Positions 1 to 13,770 of a stretch of 64,000 nucleotides of DNA are shown here, one piece after another. How positions within the stretch are numbered: the first letter of the stretch is position 1; every line of letters starts with the position of its first letter. Both the position numbers and the translations under genes were made by a program. This DNA comes from Rhina ancylostomus (taxonomy: Eukaryota), in NCBI GenBank assembly GCA_030265395.1, contig JARFYF010000029.1:15954842-16018841 (forward strand), given 5' to 3'. The notes beneath the pieces are model-generated. The model was not told where the DNA came from. It worked only from the letters and a program-made list of their open reading frames with translations, and made no database searches.

Positions 1-949
1 AAATTATGTTTTCACCAAGGTGATCTCTGTATCAGATGTACGTGATTAGAGACAGAACACTACATAGCTAAACACTGGTTTTCCAAATGAAATAACACAG
101 TAAATTATGTCTAACGCCAATGAAAGACAAAAAAGGCCAAATTTCCAGAGCAAAAATTCTGGCAGATAATCAGATAGAGAGAGAAAAAAAACAATCAGGA
201 AAAAGCTAGGAATTACATACACAAGTTCCCACATTCAGTTGGGAAATCCTCTGTCCAACCCTTTCAGCTGCTCGTCTCAGAGAGGGAGAGGCTGCAAGGA
301 GAGACAACTGAAGGCAACCAAACAAAAACTAGGCTCTAAGCCACTTGAAGCTGAGCACTTACCAGAAAAAGTAAAAGGCAAACATCATTAAGGAGGACCA
401 GGCTGGGAAGGTGCTTGCTATCATTATTGCTGGGAATTTTACCACCAGTTCCCTTTGGCCAATGGCGCACAACTATTTTGCAGTGAGGACTAGATTTACA
501 ACCTAAACCAATTATGATAGGCACCCACAAGAAGTGTTTTATTTCAACCATCCATAACCAAATACTGTTGCTTGTTCCTCCCTCAGTACATCTCCCCTGT
601 TCCTTTTCACCCTGTCAACAACATCAACATCTCCCACGCACATTTTAAAAGCAATTGTCCAAATGGTGAGGAGAAAGTTTTTAATCTGAATAGTCCAATC
701 AAAAAATATAACAGTCCATTACACCCTGTGCAGCCCCGGAGGCAGACTATGCACAATGCTGGAGCCTTCTGATTGGACCATTAAAACAAAAATACATTCA
801 GCAATCAATCAGAACAAGACAATTAACTACACAGCATTCAGAATCTCAGGGAACTGCCAACAGCAAACTTCACCCAACAGTACCAATCCTTGTAACATGG
901 CTAGGATTACTGGCAATGGCAATCATGGGCCATACATCAGATTGTTCAA

Positions 950-1170
950 GAGTGGCTCTTGTGGAACTATGGTGCGATCAGCCTTGTACCAAATTTTGGT
1001 CAGGATAGGAAAGGTGCCAGTGCTGGTGTTGTCTCCGTCCTTCCACTTGCCTCACAAATTCTGTCAACATTAGAACTGATGTTGGATGATGAGATTCATG
1101 TGCAAGTGATACTACCACTGTCTAAAGGCTTTGACACCCAAATAACCATTCTGTGTACTGTTGATTAGAA
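950..1170 (+). mobile_element. Highly degenerate LINE reverse-transcriptase relic
   Basis: NYGAISL and LSKGFDT resemble the LINE RT motifs NYRPISL and DLSKAFDT at plausible spacing. Confidence 0.3.
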
Positions 1171-2559
1171 TATCAATTGTATACCTACACCTGAGAAATC
1201 AAATAATCATATTTACCACACGTGTATTTGTTTTGAACCAGAGTTTTAAACCATCATAAATCAGATGGCTCTAATATAACAGCAGAATAAAAGAGATTGA
1301 ATGGGAGATCAAGGTTCAATAATTCCTTAAATAGAATTAGATGGTAGGATTGTAAGAGACAGTCTGATCATGGCCACAAGGTGATGAGATGACAGGAGTG
1401 ACAATGAACCGAGGAGAAAATGGGAGACAAGCTAAAATTGATAGCAAGGGTAAAGGTAGTTGGGTGAAAGTCTATAGTCCTGAATATAGTGAAGAGGCAG
1501 TTTGTGTGGTTTTGACTTTATTCACAAGGAGGCCATGAATTATGAATGTGAAATGAAAAGAGGATTGAGGTAGGGTTTAGTTGGGGAATGGCAATGGAGA
1601 TGATGGAGAGGAGGTTTTGAACAGTTAATCAATTTTTATTTTCCACAATATATAATGAGGTTTTATGTTGAGTGATGGTCTGCAGTATAAAATTCCCAAA
1701 CAAATTGTGCCACCCAGTGTTACAGCTGCTGAGGCACTAACACTCCGAATTCTCTTTTGTCATTTCTCTTTTCCTTCTTCAAGATGTTCTCCTGCCCTAA
1801 TGTCCTCTTGTGGCTTGGTATCAATCAATACTCCCGTGAATTATCACGCGATGATTTTGTTTTGTCAAAGGCCATGCAAAAATGGAAAGAATAGTATGTA
1901 CTCACATTGAATTATTTAATTGCAAGTCTATGCCAAAGTAGAAAAATGCTACCCTGCAAGATTTATTGGGTGTGCTAAAAAATCTGCAACTTTATGCGCA
2001 ATATTTAAAATTTACAGTTTAAACTATTTGCATCATCAAAATAATACAAAATATTGGAAGACAGGCAGGCTCCTAGGGATTGTGGAGAGGTGCAGATGCA
2101 TGGGGAATGGCAAGTAATGATAGACATCTGGGGTTATTGCAATCATTGGATTTAATTCAATTAAATTGCAGGCTTCAATTGCAAATATTGAGGTGGGCGG
2201 GGGGGNNNNNNNNNNNNNNNNNNNNNNNNNNNNNNNNNNNNNNNNNNNNNNNNNNNNNNNNNNNNNNNNNNNNNNNNNNNNNNNNNNNNNNNNNNNNNNN
2301 NNNNNAGGACGAACTGCCGGGAAGTCTTTAGTGGAATTACATACTTGTTGCACAAGGCTCACACAAGAGGGATTGTCCCTGGATGCGACTTCATATTTTC
2401 TATCAATATGGTAGAAAATATTAGCAGCAATACGAGTTCCTTACACTTAAAAAAACTATGTGTATATTCAAAAAGCGCATCTTCTGTGTTGGGATGCTGG
2501 GAAATCATTTTGCAACAGGATCACTTGAAAATAAATTGGGTTAAGTATCCCAATGACAA

Positions 2560-2880
2560 TCCAGGCCTTGTGTTGTAGGGTTGATCTGTTAATTTGAGAA
2601 GTAAGGATTGTCCAAGGAAGAGGAAGTAACTACTTCAGTTTATGAACCAACAGGTGAGGTTAGAGTCAGTCCTTGAAGGTATCAGTATGCAAAATGGAAC
2701 AAAGCAATTATTGGTGATACCCTGGTTATGATTGAGTAGATGCAGTCCCACTGAGCTAGGCAACTAGTTGAAGGCACTGAAGGAGGATAGTGAAGTTGGC
2801 TGTGTTGCAAATCAAAGAAAGATCAAGAAAAGTGAGGAGAAATGACACACGAGGATCACCATGACGTAGGATGCCCTCTT
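2560..2880 (-). mobile_element. Degenerate L2 LINE RT fragment (purine-rich 1330-1620 probably related)
   Basis: Minus strand reads LLTFLDLSLICNTANFTILLQCL...LSGTA, compare L2 LLILLDLSAAFDTVDHTILLQRL...LSGTAL. Confidence 0.55.
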
Positions 2881-4056
2881 TAAATTTGGTTTGGATTTTT
2901 TTGGGGCTGTGAAAAGGGTGGGAACTTTAATGTTTTAAAGTTGAGCATGGACCTAGAAGCCACACATTCAAAGATGAAAGGCAATGAAAGAAGTATTTGC
3001 GAAGAAACTTTCCAAGAACAAAGGAAGTTGTGGTCGTTTTTTGAGAAGGAAGATAATTTCAAATTAAATTTGCAGCATAATACAAACCTCTTAAGCCTTT
3101 AGCTGACTTTTAATGAGTGACACCAGCCTCAGAATGAAAGCTTCACCTAAAATATGTTTATGATGTTAGAGAGAATTGGCAAAGCCTCAGGGAAATTTTA
3201 TTATAACACATGCAATGCATCATAACTCATGCAAGATCACCACTTCAAGGTGATCTCCCACGTTGGCTCAAATGCACTGAAATCAAATCACTCAACACTC
3301 AAGCAACCAAATTATTTGTAGATAATTAGAAATCAGACACCATAGCATAGATACATCAAGGCAGCACAGCAGAACTTCACACTGAATTAATGATACTGAA
3401 TTACCACCACAGATATTTATGACTCAAGTACCTGGAAAACAATTTTCCATCAAAATAAAGTTAATGTTCAACTCTTCTACTCATGGCTTTTCCCTCCTAT
3501 CAGTCTTTTGTCCTGTGTTCCCTCTCCTCATTTTATTTTACGATTTTCACCTTTGTTTAAAAAATGTATTTTGATTTGTTGTCATTCTGCAGAGTTTAAC
3601 ATTTCGCAAAATGCATCGGAAACTGATTTGAAGAGTTAACCTATTGAAAAATCAGATTACACAAACTATACAGTGAGATGATACTTCTAACAGTTGAACT
3701 TCAACCATATCCAAGTACTTAAATGATATAAGTTGACGTAGATAGCATGTTAAGCCAAATACATTCATCAGCTGCCCAATGCTTAAAGCCATTGTTCCTT
3801 TGCTCATAAAAAGCTCCGCTGGTTCAGCCGGTAATACAAGTTTAGTTTTATATTTGCATCATGAATGCTTCCTGTGCCAGCCATTGTGATTTCTTCCCAA
3901 AAGAGATTCAGAAATTAAACTATCACCATCAACACCTTCATCTACATTACTTTTTCCCCACTAATTGGGGTACTTTAAATTATATTTCCTTTCAATTTCT
4001 TAGAAATGAAATAATGCTCCCATAAAGAACTTTGTGACATTTACATCATCTGCCCT

Positions 4057-4113
4057 TTTGCATCACAACCTCACCAGTTACCAGACCAGGAACTGGTGAG
4101 GTTGTGATGCAAA
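4057..4113. repeat. Perfect 23-bp inverted repeat with 11-nt loop
   Basis: TTTGCATCACAACCTCACCAGTT (4057-4079) and AACTGGTGAGGTTGTGATGCAAA (4091-4113); loop ACCAGACCAGG. Confidence 0.95.
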
Positions 4114-4199
4114 TGCAACGATAACATAAACTAAGCTAAGTGCTAGGAGATAAAGAGGAAGACTGGTTTTCCACTTTCTCTCTTCCTAGAAGATTTACT

Positions 4200-4600
4200 C
4201 ATTTCCTTTGAAGGAACTGAAGCAACATCTCTCTGCATTAAAGCTATTAATACTCCCCTTTCCCCAGTCACTGTGCTTGATTGTCCCTTTTAAAATTTGA
4301 CCAGTTTCAAAAGTCATATCCTGTACATTACAATGATCGGTTTCTTCTACTTCCATAATATCACTCACTCCACCAAGATCCAGTCATCCATAAATCCTAT
4401 TCTCAGAGGCAATATTGGCCTGAGTTCACCAATTCATCCAATTTTAAAATTTTCCTAACCAACTTTAGTTCACATCGTTGCCTTGTTCCTCTCATTTTGT
4501 AACCTCTAAATTCTCCAACTCAGTCCAGCCATTGTTCTTCTGACACTGTCCTCTATGCCTTCACATTCAGCTCCAGACTGGAATTTCTTGCGGATGTTAC
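4200..4600 (+). mobile_element. Degenerate L2 LINE 3-prime fragment
   Basis: SHILYITMIGFFYFHNITH resembles the L2 C-terminal HI..I...AFFHLRNIAR block; pyrimidine-rich. Confidence 0.4.
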
Positions 4601-4746
4601 AGTGTATGTAGCCTGCAAACAAGACTCTCAGAGAAACATATGCAAATAAGGAAAAAAAAGCAAAAGATGACTGAAAATGCGAGTTCAAACAACACTGCTG
4701 GAATGGTACCGATTAATCTGAATACATTCAGAACAGAAATAAAAAG

Positions 4747-5056
4747 GGTGGCACAATGGTGCAGCTAGCAAAGCCACTGCCTCACGGTGCCAGGAACCTA
4801 CGTTCAATTCTGACCTTGGGTGCAAATTATGTGGAGTTTGCATGTTCTCCCTGGGTGAGTTTCTTCTGGGTGCTTGTTTCCTCCCTCAGCTCAAAGACAT
4901 TTGGGTCAAGGTCAGTGTAAATTGCCACTAGTGTGAGAGAGAGTGGTAGAATCTGGGAGGAACTGATGAGAATGAGGGGAGAATAAAATAATGGAATTAA
5001 TGTAGGATTAGTGTAAATGAGTGGCTGATGATTGGCATGGACTCAGTGGGCCGAAT
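4747..5056 (+). mobile_element. V-SINE (HE1-like tRNA-derived elasmobranch SINE)
   Basis: tRNA-like head with A/B-box remnants (TGGTGCAGCTAG; CGTTCAATTC), V-domain GTGGAGTTTGCATGTTCTCCC...GGGTGCT...TTTCCTCCC, CR1-like tail GACTCAGTGGGCCGAA. Confidence 0.85.
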
Positions 5057-6129
5057 TTTATTAAAAAATTAGTAATACCAGTCAGATTTAGATAATTTTG
5101 GATCCTTGCTGATAAAATACAAATTCACTCAGTCCATCTCCACTAATGCAGAGAAATCACATGTGGTCTTTACAACTTCATCTCCATTCTCATTACTATT
5201 ATGTAAACTGCAGAAACAGAATTATACCGAATGTTTAATGCAATAATGTTAAAAGTTTACGTGTTATATGTTCTTGTCCCCACAACCATTTCCCACTGTA
5301 GACATTCAACCAAAAACACTATTTGAATTACTTGTTAATCTTATGATGCATTTGGGTTTTCTTTTAACTTCTTTAAATTGGGAGTGGGGAGGGGAGGGAG
5401 GGAGGGTGAAAACAAATTTCTTGTAAATTAAACATGCAACAGATTAAACATTCTATAAGGTCAAAATTGACCATTTTAAACTTTCCAATTTGTTTCCATT
5501 CTTCAGAAATTTTCAACCACAATTGACCCAATTGATTTCAATGCAATATGCTTGACCCGTCCTCAGTTAAGGCCCAAAGCAAAGCTCTTCAGTAATTCAA
5601 ATCAGTAGGTTTAATTATACCTTCAATCAGAAACCTAATGCTCTGTTTTGAATGCCACCTAAGCAACCAATTATAAACTAGTAAATCAATTGCCAGTTTT
5701 TCTAAAGACCCTTAAAGGGATAACATCCCCATATAATTAACAAAGGGGAGCTTGATATTTAACACCAGGCATGATTAGTTCCGAAGAAATGTAGATGATG
5801 GACTGATGTCTAATTTAAAGGATTTACTTCTTCCTGCTGCTCAGTGTTCAGGTCTACTGATCATTATATGATTGCTTCATCTGTCCACCTTGCTCACAGC
5901 CCACAGAACTCTCCATAGTCTGTCTTTCTCAAGGCTGACTGATATTGAAGCTTATGTCCAAGATAAAGCAGTATATTTTTTCTCATTGTGCAGTTCCTGA
6001 CAACCACATTTCCCTTGGGCTATGGAGTTATCCTTAACATTTGTTTCATAAGCATTTCCTTGGCATTCTCAACTATATCAGGTCAATTTTAAGTGCTCCA
6101 GTACTGTATGCCCCCACATAATTATAACA

Positions 6130-6400
6130 AAACAGAAAATGCTAGAAGCACTCAGTACATCAGTCAGCAACTGTAAAGAGAGCAGAAATGAAAATGCATA
6201 AAATCAAAATATGTTTGAAACTGGAAATCCAAAATAAAAACACTAAATGCAGAGATACGGGGCAGGTCAGGCACCATCTTTTTGGTTTATTAAACATGCA
6301 TCTGAATAGTTCAAAGTAGTAAATACCTCAAGGGTAGACAGTGATTGCAACTGACCTGAGTGCTTGCAGTGTTGTGTGTTTTTAATTCAAACTTACATTA
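6130..6400. mobile_element. Penelope-like terminal-repeat fragments in both orientations
   Basis: AACAGAAAATGCTAGAAGCACTCAG and CTGGAAATCCAAAATAAAAACA...CAGGTCAGGCA face CTGACCTGAGTGCTTGCAG; same family as 36745-36965. Confidence 0.5.
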
Positions 6401-6649
6401 CAGTGTTTTCTTTATATGATTTATATATTTTCCATACCTATGATTTCCATACCTATGCAACAAAACCCCAGAAAACAATGAGGAAGTAATTAATACACAG
6501 CAATGGAATTCTAACAATCTGAATGAGTATTCCTTTGAATATTTTGACGCAAGTCCAAATTAATTGGTTCAGAATCATACTGGTACTCTGCCATTCTGTA
6601 TATTATCAATGTCAATCAAATGGTGATTTTACTCCCCCCCCCATGATGG

Positions 6650-7045
6650 AAGGATTGTATTTAAATGGTGCATTTCATGATCTTGAATGTCACTGTCTTC
6701 CACAGTCTATTGAGTAGTTTTTGAAATATAGTTACAACTGAAATAGATGGAACACAGCATCCAAAAACACAGTGGACATTCATGATATGAGATATGATCA
6801 TGATCAGATGAACTTTTCTAGCAAGGTGAATTGATCAGTAAGTGACTGAGCAGAACACCGTGAATAACTCCTGGTATTTGAGTCGGTGCCAAGGGATTTA
6901 TGATAACTATTTGGAAGGAGAGCTGGAACATGGCACCTCTGACATTGTAGCATCGTCTTCGAAACCACCAGAGAATCTAGCTAAATTCTCCAGAGTGGAA
7001 CTCAACCTTCTGGCTCAGGTACAAGAATTATTTCCACTCATCTCT
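6650..7045 (-). mobile_element. Degenerate DeuSINE (SacSINE1-like)
   Basis: Reverse complement follows the recalled consensus order: tRNA head (CTGAGCCAGAAGGTTG), GTCAGAGGTGCC, ATCCCTTGGCAC, Deu domain, tail. Confidence 0.55.
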
Positions 7046-9299
7046 GGCTGACACAGATTGTCTTAAACATCAACCAACCTGGAAGACTGGAAGAAGTTCT
7101 TTCTGCCATTTAACCTCATCTTACAATGTCAATATTCCCTCCTATTTTCACACCACTGAAGTTTTGAATTGTGGCTCAGGTCAGGATCAGAATTTTTATA
7201 TTCACCCAAGCAGAGTGATAAGACTGAAATTTAACATTTTAACTGAAAATGCAGCACTTATCAGTGCACCAAAATGTTAACCCAAATGCAGGTGAAAGTC
7301 AAGGTCGAATAAACAGATATCACAATTTAACTAGTTCTGAATTTCCTCCATTGTAGTTTTGAGGACTGATAAGCTACTTGATTTTGTTCAGCTAAACAGT
7401 AAATCAACACGAGTTTGAGTATTTTTTTTACACTGGCTGAATTCAGAGGCCCGCTTGCAATCAGATATGTACTATAATGTAGTAAACACATTCAAGTCAC
7501 GTAGATTTAAGAGAAATAATTGCCTACAAGAATACCAAAATTCAAAAACTGCCAAAAATTCCAATTTACATTACATCTGCTTTTGTTTATTGCTTTCCCT
7601 GAACACAGAAAGATCTGTCTCTGTGGCAATAACTTGCCTTTTTCCAATACCCACAGTTTCAGTGTTTGGCTTAAGAGGATCCTTAGGATCCAGTATCCCT
7701 GATAATATCATTAAACAGGCTGAAAAGCCAGTCATATAGTAGAATTCTCACATGTAGCATATCATGAAGGAGAACACACAAATATATTTTAAATACAAAT
7801 ACTTGAACTTCTACACATCATTTAGGTAAAAGCTGAACTACCATCATTATAAAAATTAAAATGCTTTTATTGAAATATCCAATGGGCAGAAATTATCAAC
7901 CAGGTAAATAAACTTAGTCAATCAGGTCAATGAGTTTGCTGAAGAGTTATTATAGCTGTTACATCATAAAAAGCTAATTTAGAACTCAAAAAAAATCTGG
8001 AAAATACTTTCAGAATATTAGTTGAAATTGATGTCAGTTCAAGTGCTTTCCCTCCATTCAGGAGAAGGTGGCTGCAAACAGTGTAGTCGGTTGACAAACA
8101 GAATCAATGAAAACAACTTCAGGATTTCTCTGTCCGCTTGTGTAAAAATCCCAAAGTTGCTGTCAGTTTTACAGAGTAATGTTGGCAAACATTAGCCCTG
8201 CCATCATGACTATTGCAAAATCCAGGCCATTGTTCCTGGATATTCTGAAGGGCATTTGATTATAAGGAAGTTGGAGACCTTCCTGACAGGTGACTGCAAA
8301 GCAACAATAAAGTTCTTTTAAAGCCCACACAATGAAACATAAAAGCAATCCTCACACAAATAGGCTACTTGAGTTGGGATTAAAGGAAAAGCACTAAACT
8401 AAATAAAAGATACAGTTGTCTGATAGAAAAAAAGATGTGGGAGAGCAGTTAAGCTCATTCCTTTGAAATTACACATTTATCTCAGAATGGTACTTTCATT
8501 GTACACATTCATTTATGAAAGATTTCTATCTCTTTAATGGACCATAGAGATCAGGTTTTTAGTCTTTCAGTAGGCATACTCAGCTACACCACTTTTGAAG
8601 GAAATTACTGATGGTAAGAAATAATGATTAAATGTTTAACTCTTTTGTGCTGCAGCTCTCTGCCTGTCAACAAACTGACAATGAAATTATAACTTTATAT
8701 TTTTCACAAGCAGTTGCTTCAGTTACAAAGCTAGTGATGTTCTCATTTTTGTTGCTGGGATGTCCATACACAAGTATTACTCACATATAGTTCCCTTCCA
8801 TTACAGTGATGTGCCAAACTGAAATTCTGTTTTGACTAAAAATCAGCTGGAGCATTCAGGCTGCACTCCAAAAACAACACATCCCAGTCTTTTTATTTAA
8901 ATCATATTTTGCAGTTTACTTGTGTCAGGCAAGGGATCTCAATGTGCCAGTTACAGACATTTAAGTGATACTACATCTGAAATATACTACAAAAACTGGT
9001 AGAATTTTATCAACTGTAAGTTGAAGAGACTAAGCTGCCTCATACTAATAACTTTGTCTTGAAACTGGACCTCCAAAACAATCTGCACTGCTCTTTTACA
9101 ACCATATAGCACTTTCATGAAGAAGGGACTTGAGTCTCTAAAGTAGCACAGAATACAGATGCTCTATACAGGCTTGGCTTCAATTAAACTGACCTAGAAC
9201 CAGTCTCTTCTGGCTGAATAGGATTAACAGTGATAAATAAGGGTTAAAGAAAATTCAAAGTTTTAATCCAGACAATTTACCTGGGAAAGCATGTCTGAA

Positions 9300-10180
9300 C
9301 AAGATCATGTCTTGCGAATGGTGGGAAGAGAAAACTGAGATGGACAAACATATGGAGCAAGGAAATGTCCTGCTGAATCATAATTACTGCCCGAGTTCAG
9401 CTGATAAATCAGAAAAAAAAGCAAGTGGACCAAGAATGGCTCAGAAGTAGCAACACTGACCAAATTAGCCAAGTGCCAAATGCAGAGCTACTCTACCTCA
9501 TCTCTAACACGTAGTGAGGGAATCATCTGTTGCAGATGGACTTGACAACAAGAGCATTTATAGGAATGAATGTCCCATGATCCTTCTGGAGATTAGTCCC
9601 AACATCACAATGGGAAATGTTTGAACACCTGTGTGGCAGTACCACTGTGCTAAACAGGACAGGTTTAGAGAAGATCCAACAGCTCTAATCAGTCTTTGAG
9701 ATGTTGTGGGCCATCAGGCAACAACAATCTGTACATCACCATAATTTGCAACTCAATAGCCCACAAGGTCCCTCATTTTATCATGGCTATTGAGTTAGGA
9801 GACCTACATGGGACCAATACATGTCAAAGACAATGCTGAAAATAATAGCAAAAGCATGCCTAAAAATGAGGTGCCATCCTGGGTCACAGCACTGGACAAA
9901 TGTGCACACTAAACAGAGAATGCTGTATCAAGAAAAACAAAATAATCTCACAGTAAAATATCAGGTCTGCCCGATATAGTTGTGAATAAATTAATAATTA
10001 AAAGCAAGCAGCATTTTCCTTAACACCTCTATCCTTAAAGGTGCAAAGTCAGAATGCGAGAGCAAACATCAAGACTGAAACATTTGCTAGCATCTTCACA
10101 AGAGGAAGGATATTCCATGACAGCCTCCTAATGAGACCCCTATTACCAAATGTTAGTCTTCAGCCAAGTTCATTCACAGC
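9300..10180 (+). mobile_element. Degenerate CR1-group LINE ORF2 fragment
   Basis: Residual WQYHCAKQDRFR and KTETFASIF...VSLQP blocks; same family as the opposite-strand copy at 59040-60250. Confidence 0.5.
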
Positions 10181-10499
10181 AAGTTTCCAGCATTTTCTGT
10201 TTTGTTTCGTATTTCCAGCATCTGCCTTTTTTAAAATTTTCTTTTATTGTCACATTCACTGCCACTTCTTTTCCAGGAATGCCCATGTTGAAGTTCTCCT
10301 CTGATCTCCAGTGGGACTTCTGCTCATACCTTTTGCCTTGCTCATCCTCAGTGGTTTCTCTTTCCTTTCTAGCCTTTGATAAGGTATTGACATGAACTCA
10401 CTTCCGCAGATTCCTATAGACTGTCCTGCTGGCTGTATCCCACAGCCACCATTTGCAACACACTACAGAGACTAAGCTCAATGTGCAGGTAACTGCCCT

Positions 10500-10690
10500 C
10501 ATTAAGCCACTTTGGACTCGCCCTATTAGGGATATTCCCTTTGTTCTACACCCACCCGAAGCTTCTCTTCAACTGAAAACTAACTTGTTTTTCTTTCCCA
10601 GTTCTGATGAAGGATCCCATACCCAAAAACAATAACAGTTCCTTCTCCCACAGATGCTGCTGAGTGTTTCCAACATTTTTTGTTTTTGTT
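10500..10690 (+). mobile_element. Penelope-like terminal repeat with partial hammerhead-like core
   Basis: TTCCCAGTTCTGATGAAGGATC...CCACAGATGCTGCTGAGTGTTTCCAACATTTTT; CTGATGA intact at 10604-10610, downstream GAAA lost. Confidence 0.6.
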
Positions 10691-10837
10691 GTTGAAAGCA
10701 TAGGTTTGGCATCAATTTCATATGAATGGTGTCTACTTAAAGATCAATAAATCTTCCAACTTTGGTTGTGCAGACCAGTTGCAGAATTGGAAGCCCTTTT
10801 GGTTAATGAACATTTTTTGGGTGATTGAGCCTATCAG

Positions 10838-11105
10838 TTATAGCTTAGTGGGTAGCACTCTTACCTTTGAATCTGAAGGCTGTTGATTCAAATACCCGCC
10901 CGAACATTAAAAAGAAAATCTAGGTTAACTAGCCCAATATGGAGGGAGTTCCGTGGTGCTGGAGATACTGCCTTCTGGACAGGACATTAAAATCAAAGTC
11001 TTGTTCTCTCAGATGGGCACAAAAGGCCCCATAAAGACTATCCCACAATAGGGTATATTATCTCCAGCATCCTACTGGACACTAATCATTCAATCAACAT
11101 TGCAG
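10838..11105 (+). mobile_element. DeuSINE (SacSINE1-like), 5-prime part
   Basis: TAGCTTAGTGGGTAGCACTCTTACCTTTGAATCTGAAGG tRNA head, then AAAATCTAGG, GAGGGAGT and CTCTCAGATGG blocks. Confidence 0.7.
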
Positions 11106-12469
11106 ATAGAGGATGTGCTGTTTCTCCAAGATTACTGGCGGCCTGCCCTTAGGACGACTATTTCTNNNNNNNNNNNNNNNNNNNNNNNNNNNNNNNNNNN
11201 NNNNNNNNNNNNNNNNNNNNNNNNNNNNNNNNNNNNNNNNNNNNNNNNNNNNNNNNNNNNNNNNNACTATTTCTTTCAGAGTGGCCTTGGGTGTAGTCTT
11301 CCATCAGGAGCCCTGTTGCTAACACATTGGTGTGGCAGAGTACATTGTGGCAGTTCTCTAAACCTAGGTAGCTGGCAGCCCTCACAGAATGGTTCTGTTG
11401 ACCAGCAAGTGCAGGCCCAGGGTCACCAGTCTACTGCTGTTAGTAGATGTCTGTTTGACATTTACAAAGACATTTACATAGCCAAAAGAAGTTTAAAAAT
11501 TTTTAGGAAGTTGAAAAAAATTAAAAATGCACACTAAGTACAATTATTTTGTTTTATAATTAAAAAGCATCCTCTACCTTTCTCCCAGCAGCCCATTCTC
11601 CCTGTTCCTTTGAATGGGACTGCTGTGTTTATTCCAGGATGAACTTGGCTCAGTTTCAACCTGGCTCAGACTCGGTGGGCAGAATTCCAGCCCAAGAGCT
11701 GAGAAATCCACCAGCGCAGTGTGGAGGCAGCCAGCAGCCCTGAATGAAGTCTGGAGAATGCCACCACTGGTCTAGGCCCACTCCAGCAGGGAAACTGGAA
11801 ATTCCATGCGAGACCATCCTGGCATTAATGCTGAAGTGGTGTTGCAAGATCCACCTACTACCTTGTCACTATCACATTTCTAGGTCTCTGAGAGTGGTGC
11901 ATAAAATGGTTGTTGACATTATAGGTCTGACTATGCTTCAAAAATGCTTCACAATGAAGTGTTTAAGATTTTAACTGTTACTTCAATACAGATAACCCAG
12001 AGTGGCCTGTGGAATTGTATGGTTTATTGGATCATAGACGCTATCATCACTGTAATATCAGGATATATTTACATGAAACACATACAACACAACAGGTGGA
12101 ATGACTTGCCTGCATTGATCAGTCAAGTCGCTAATAAGCCACAGCACGGCTCAATCTTAACAGCTCGCAGAATCGTTATTTTCTTGATCACTTCGAGCTG
12201 GTTAAGTCGAGTATGAGCTGCAATTCAAGAGCTCTAAATTGTCGGCCCAAGCCTATCCCTCATGCACAAGCTCAAGTACCCTATTCTGAGGGGCTGGTAA
12301 GTCCATTCTGTTCATCAGTATTCAAATCATTTCATCCTATGAGTGAATCAATCACCAACAGAAAGATACCAAAACCGAGCTCAATGATGATTCAGTGATG
12401 GGCCATGTACTTTCTTCATATCTGGTCTTATGAATGTATCTTTACATTACTTCATTTGTACACCCATAT

Positions 12470-12800
12470 GGAGACATAAAATATTCTGCAGATGCTAGAA
12501 TCTGAAGCAATACACAAGAAATGCTGGAGGAACTCAGTAGGTCAGACAGCTATCCCAGTTAAGAACCATTTTGAGGAAATAAATGTTAGTCTGTCTGGAT
12601 GTGATCAAAACAAGGCCTCANNNNNNNNNNNNNNNNNNNNNNNTGTGCAAGACTAAAATCAAAACAAAGAACACTGGACACACCCGGTAGGTCTGGCAGT
12701 AACAGATGAAAGATCATTGCCCTCAAACCTTAACTTTGTTTCTCTCTCCATAGATCTGACTGACCAGCTGAGTATTTCCAAAACATTATTTTCTCTTCTC
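12470..12800. mobile_element. Penelope-like terminal-repeat fragments including a short fold-back copy
   Basis: CTGCAGATGCTAGAATCTGAAGCAA...ATGCTGGAGGAACTCAG and TTTCTCTCTCCATAGAT...CTGAGTATTTCCA; interrupted by an N-gap. Confidence 0.6.
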
Positions 12801-13249
12801 ATTAGCAATGTGTCAGATAATTCATTTTCCCAGAGAAATGTAACCTGGTCCTGCAATGAAATCCGTGGCCTACCTTTTCAAGCTTTCCCCTATCCCCTTT
12901 CATCATGTCTTAATCACAAGTCTTAGGTTATATGTGCAGTAACTACATTCAGATTAACATTCCCATTTAGTTTTATTAATTGTCTGAAACTCTAAATCCC
13001 AACAATAAATACTAACATTTAGGTCACATCTGAAAGGGGTGTGAGAATCATTACATAAATGTAGGTTTTGCCTTTGCTCCTTTTGTCTTCATTGCTACAT
13101 ATGCCAGTTTCATTACCTTTCCTGAAAGCTACATACCCAAATGCTTGCTCATTCTAACTTGTAAGGTTAATATGATTGGTCACAATGACAAATAAAACAT
13201 CAATCCCTGTCTGATGCATTTGGGTGTATCTGACAACAAGAACCTACAT

Positions 13250-13770
13250 TGATTTTATTTCATACAATGGAGAAAGACAAAGAAAGGCAGAGAACTTTAG
13301 GGATGGAATTCTACAGTGTTTGGCCAAAATGGCTGTTGATTCTTCTATGAAGCTAAAAGGATATGTCTCAAAATGCTGGAAACAGAAGACTGAGATAGAA
13401 GATAAATGGCTTGAAGATACTGTTATATGCTTGGAGATACTGAGATATGGTTATGCATGAATGGGAAGGGCTTACAGCCTCTATTTTACATTTATTGTGA
13501 ATGGGTCCCAAAATCCAGCTTTGGTAGTTGTGAATGTGGGTATTGGTTGAGTGGAAGTCAGAATGGGACAGATTGTGGTAGGCTCAGTTTACTTCTAGTG
13601 ACATGGGATCTCTTACATCCACCAAAATTGTCTCACACATCAGTCTTAATATTTCATTAAAAATGGACAAACCTTCGGTATTGTATTCTGAACAAGTCAT
13701 GGAGTGGGCTCTAAATCATGCCCATATGTTCCACTTAATCTGATGGACATCCACTCAATTTGCCAAGCTA
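13250..13770 (-). mobile_element. Degenerate L2 3-prime fragment followed by a DeuSINE fragment
   Basis: Purine-rich L2-like tail (AGGCAGAGAACTTTAGGGATGGAATTC), then TATTGGTTGAG...CATGGGATCTCTTACATCCACC, the reverse complement of the DeuSINE core. Confidence 0.45.

Noticed and set aside
4747-4820. tRNA-like sequences (also 10838-10900 and 20700-20815)
   Set aside because: They are SINE heads with decayed A/B boxes and no complete cloverleaf.
7575-7699. Possible minus-strand exon (ILDPKDPLKPNTETVGIGKRQ...)
   Set aside because: Weak acceptor, no similarity to ATXN10 exon 10 or any protein I recognise, and its open frame does not match phase-0 intron 9.
8060-8230. Hairpin CAACTTCAGGATTT...AAATCCCAAAGTTG as a structured ncRNA
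   Set aside because: More consistent with a decayed non-autonomous DNA-transposon (MITE) relic; no RNA-family motifs.
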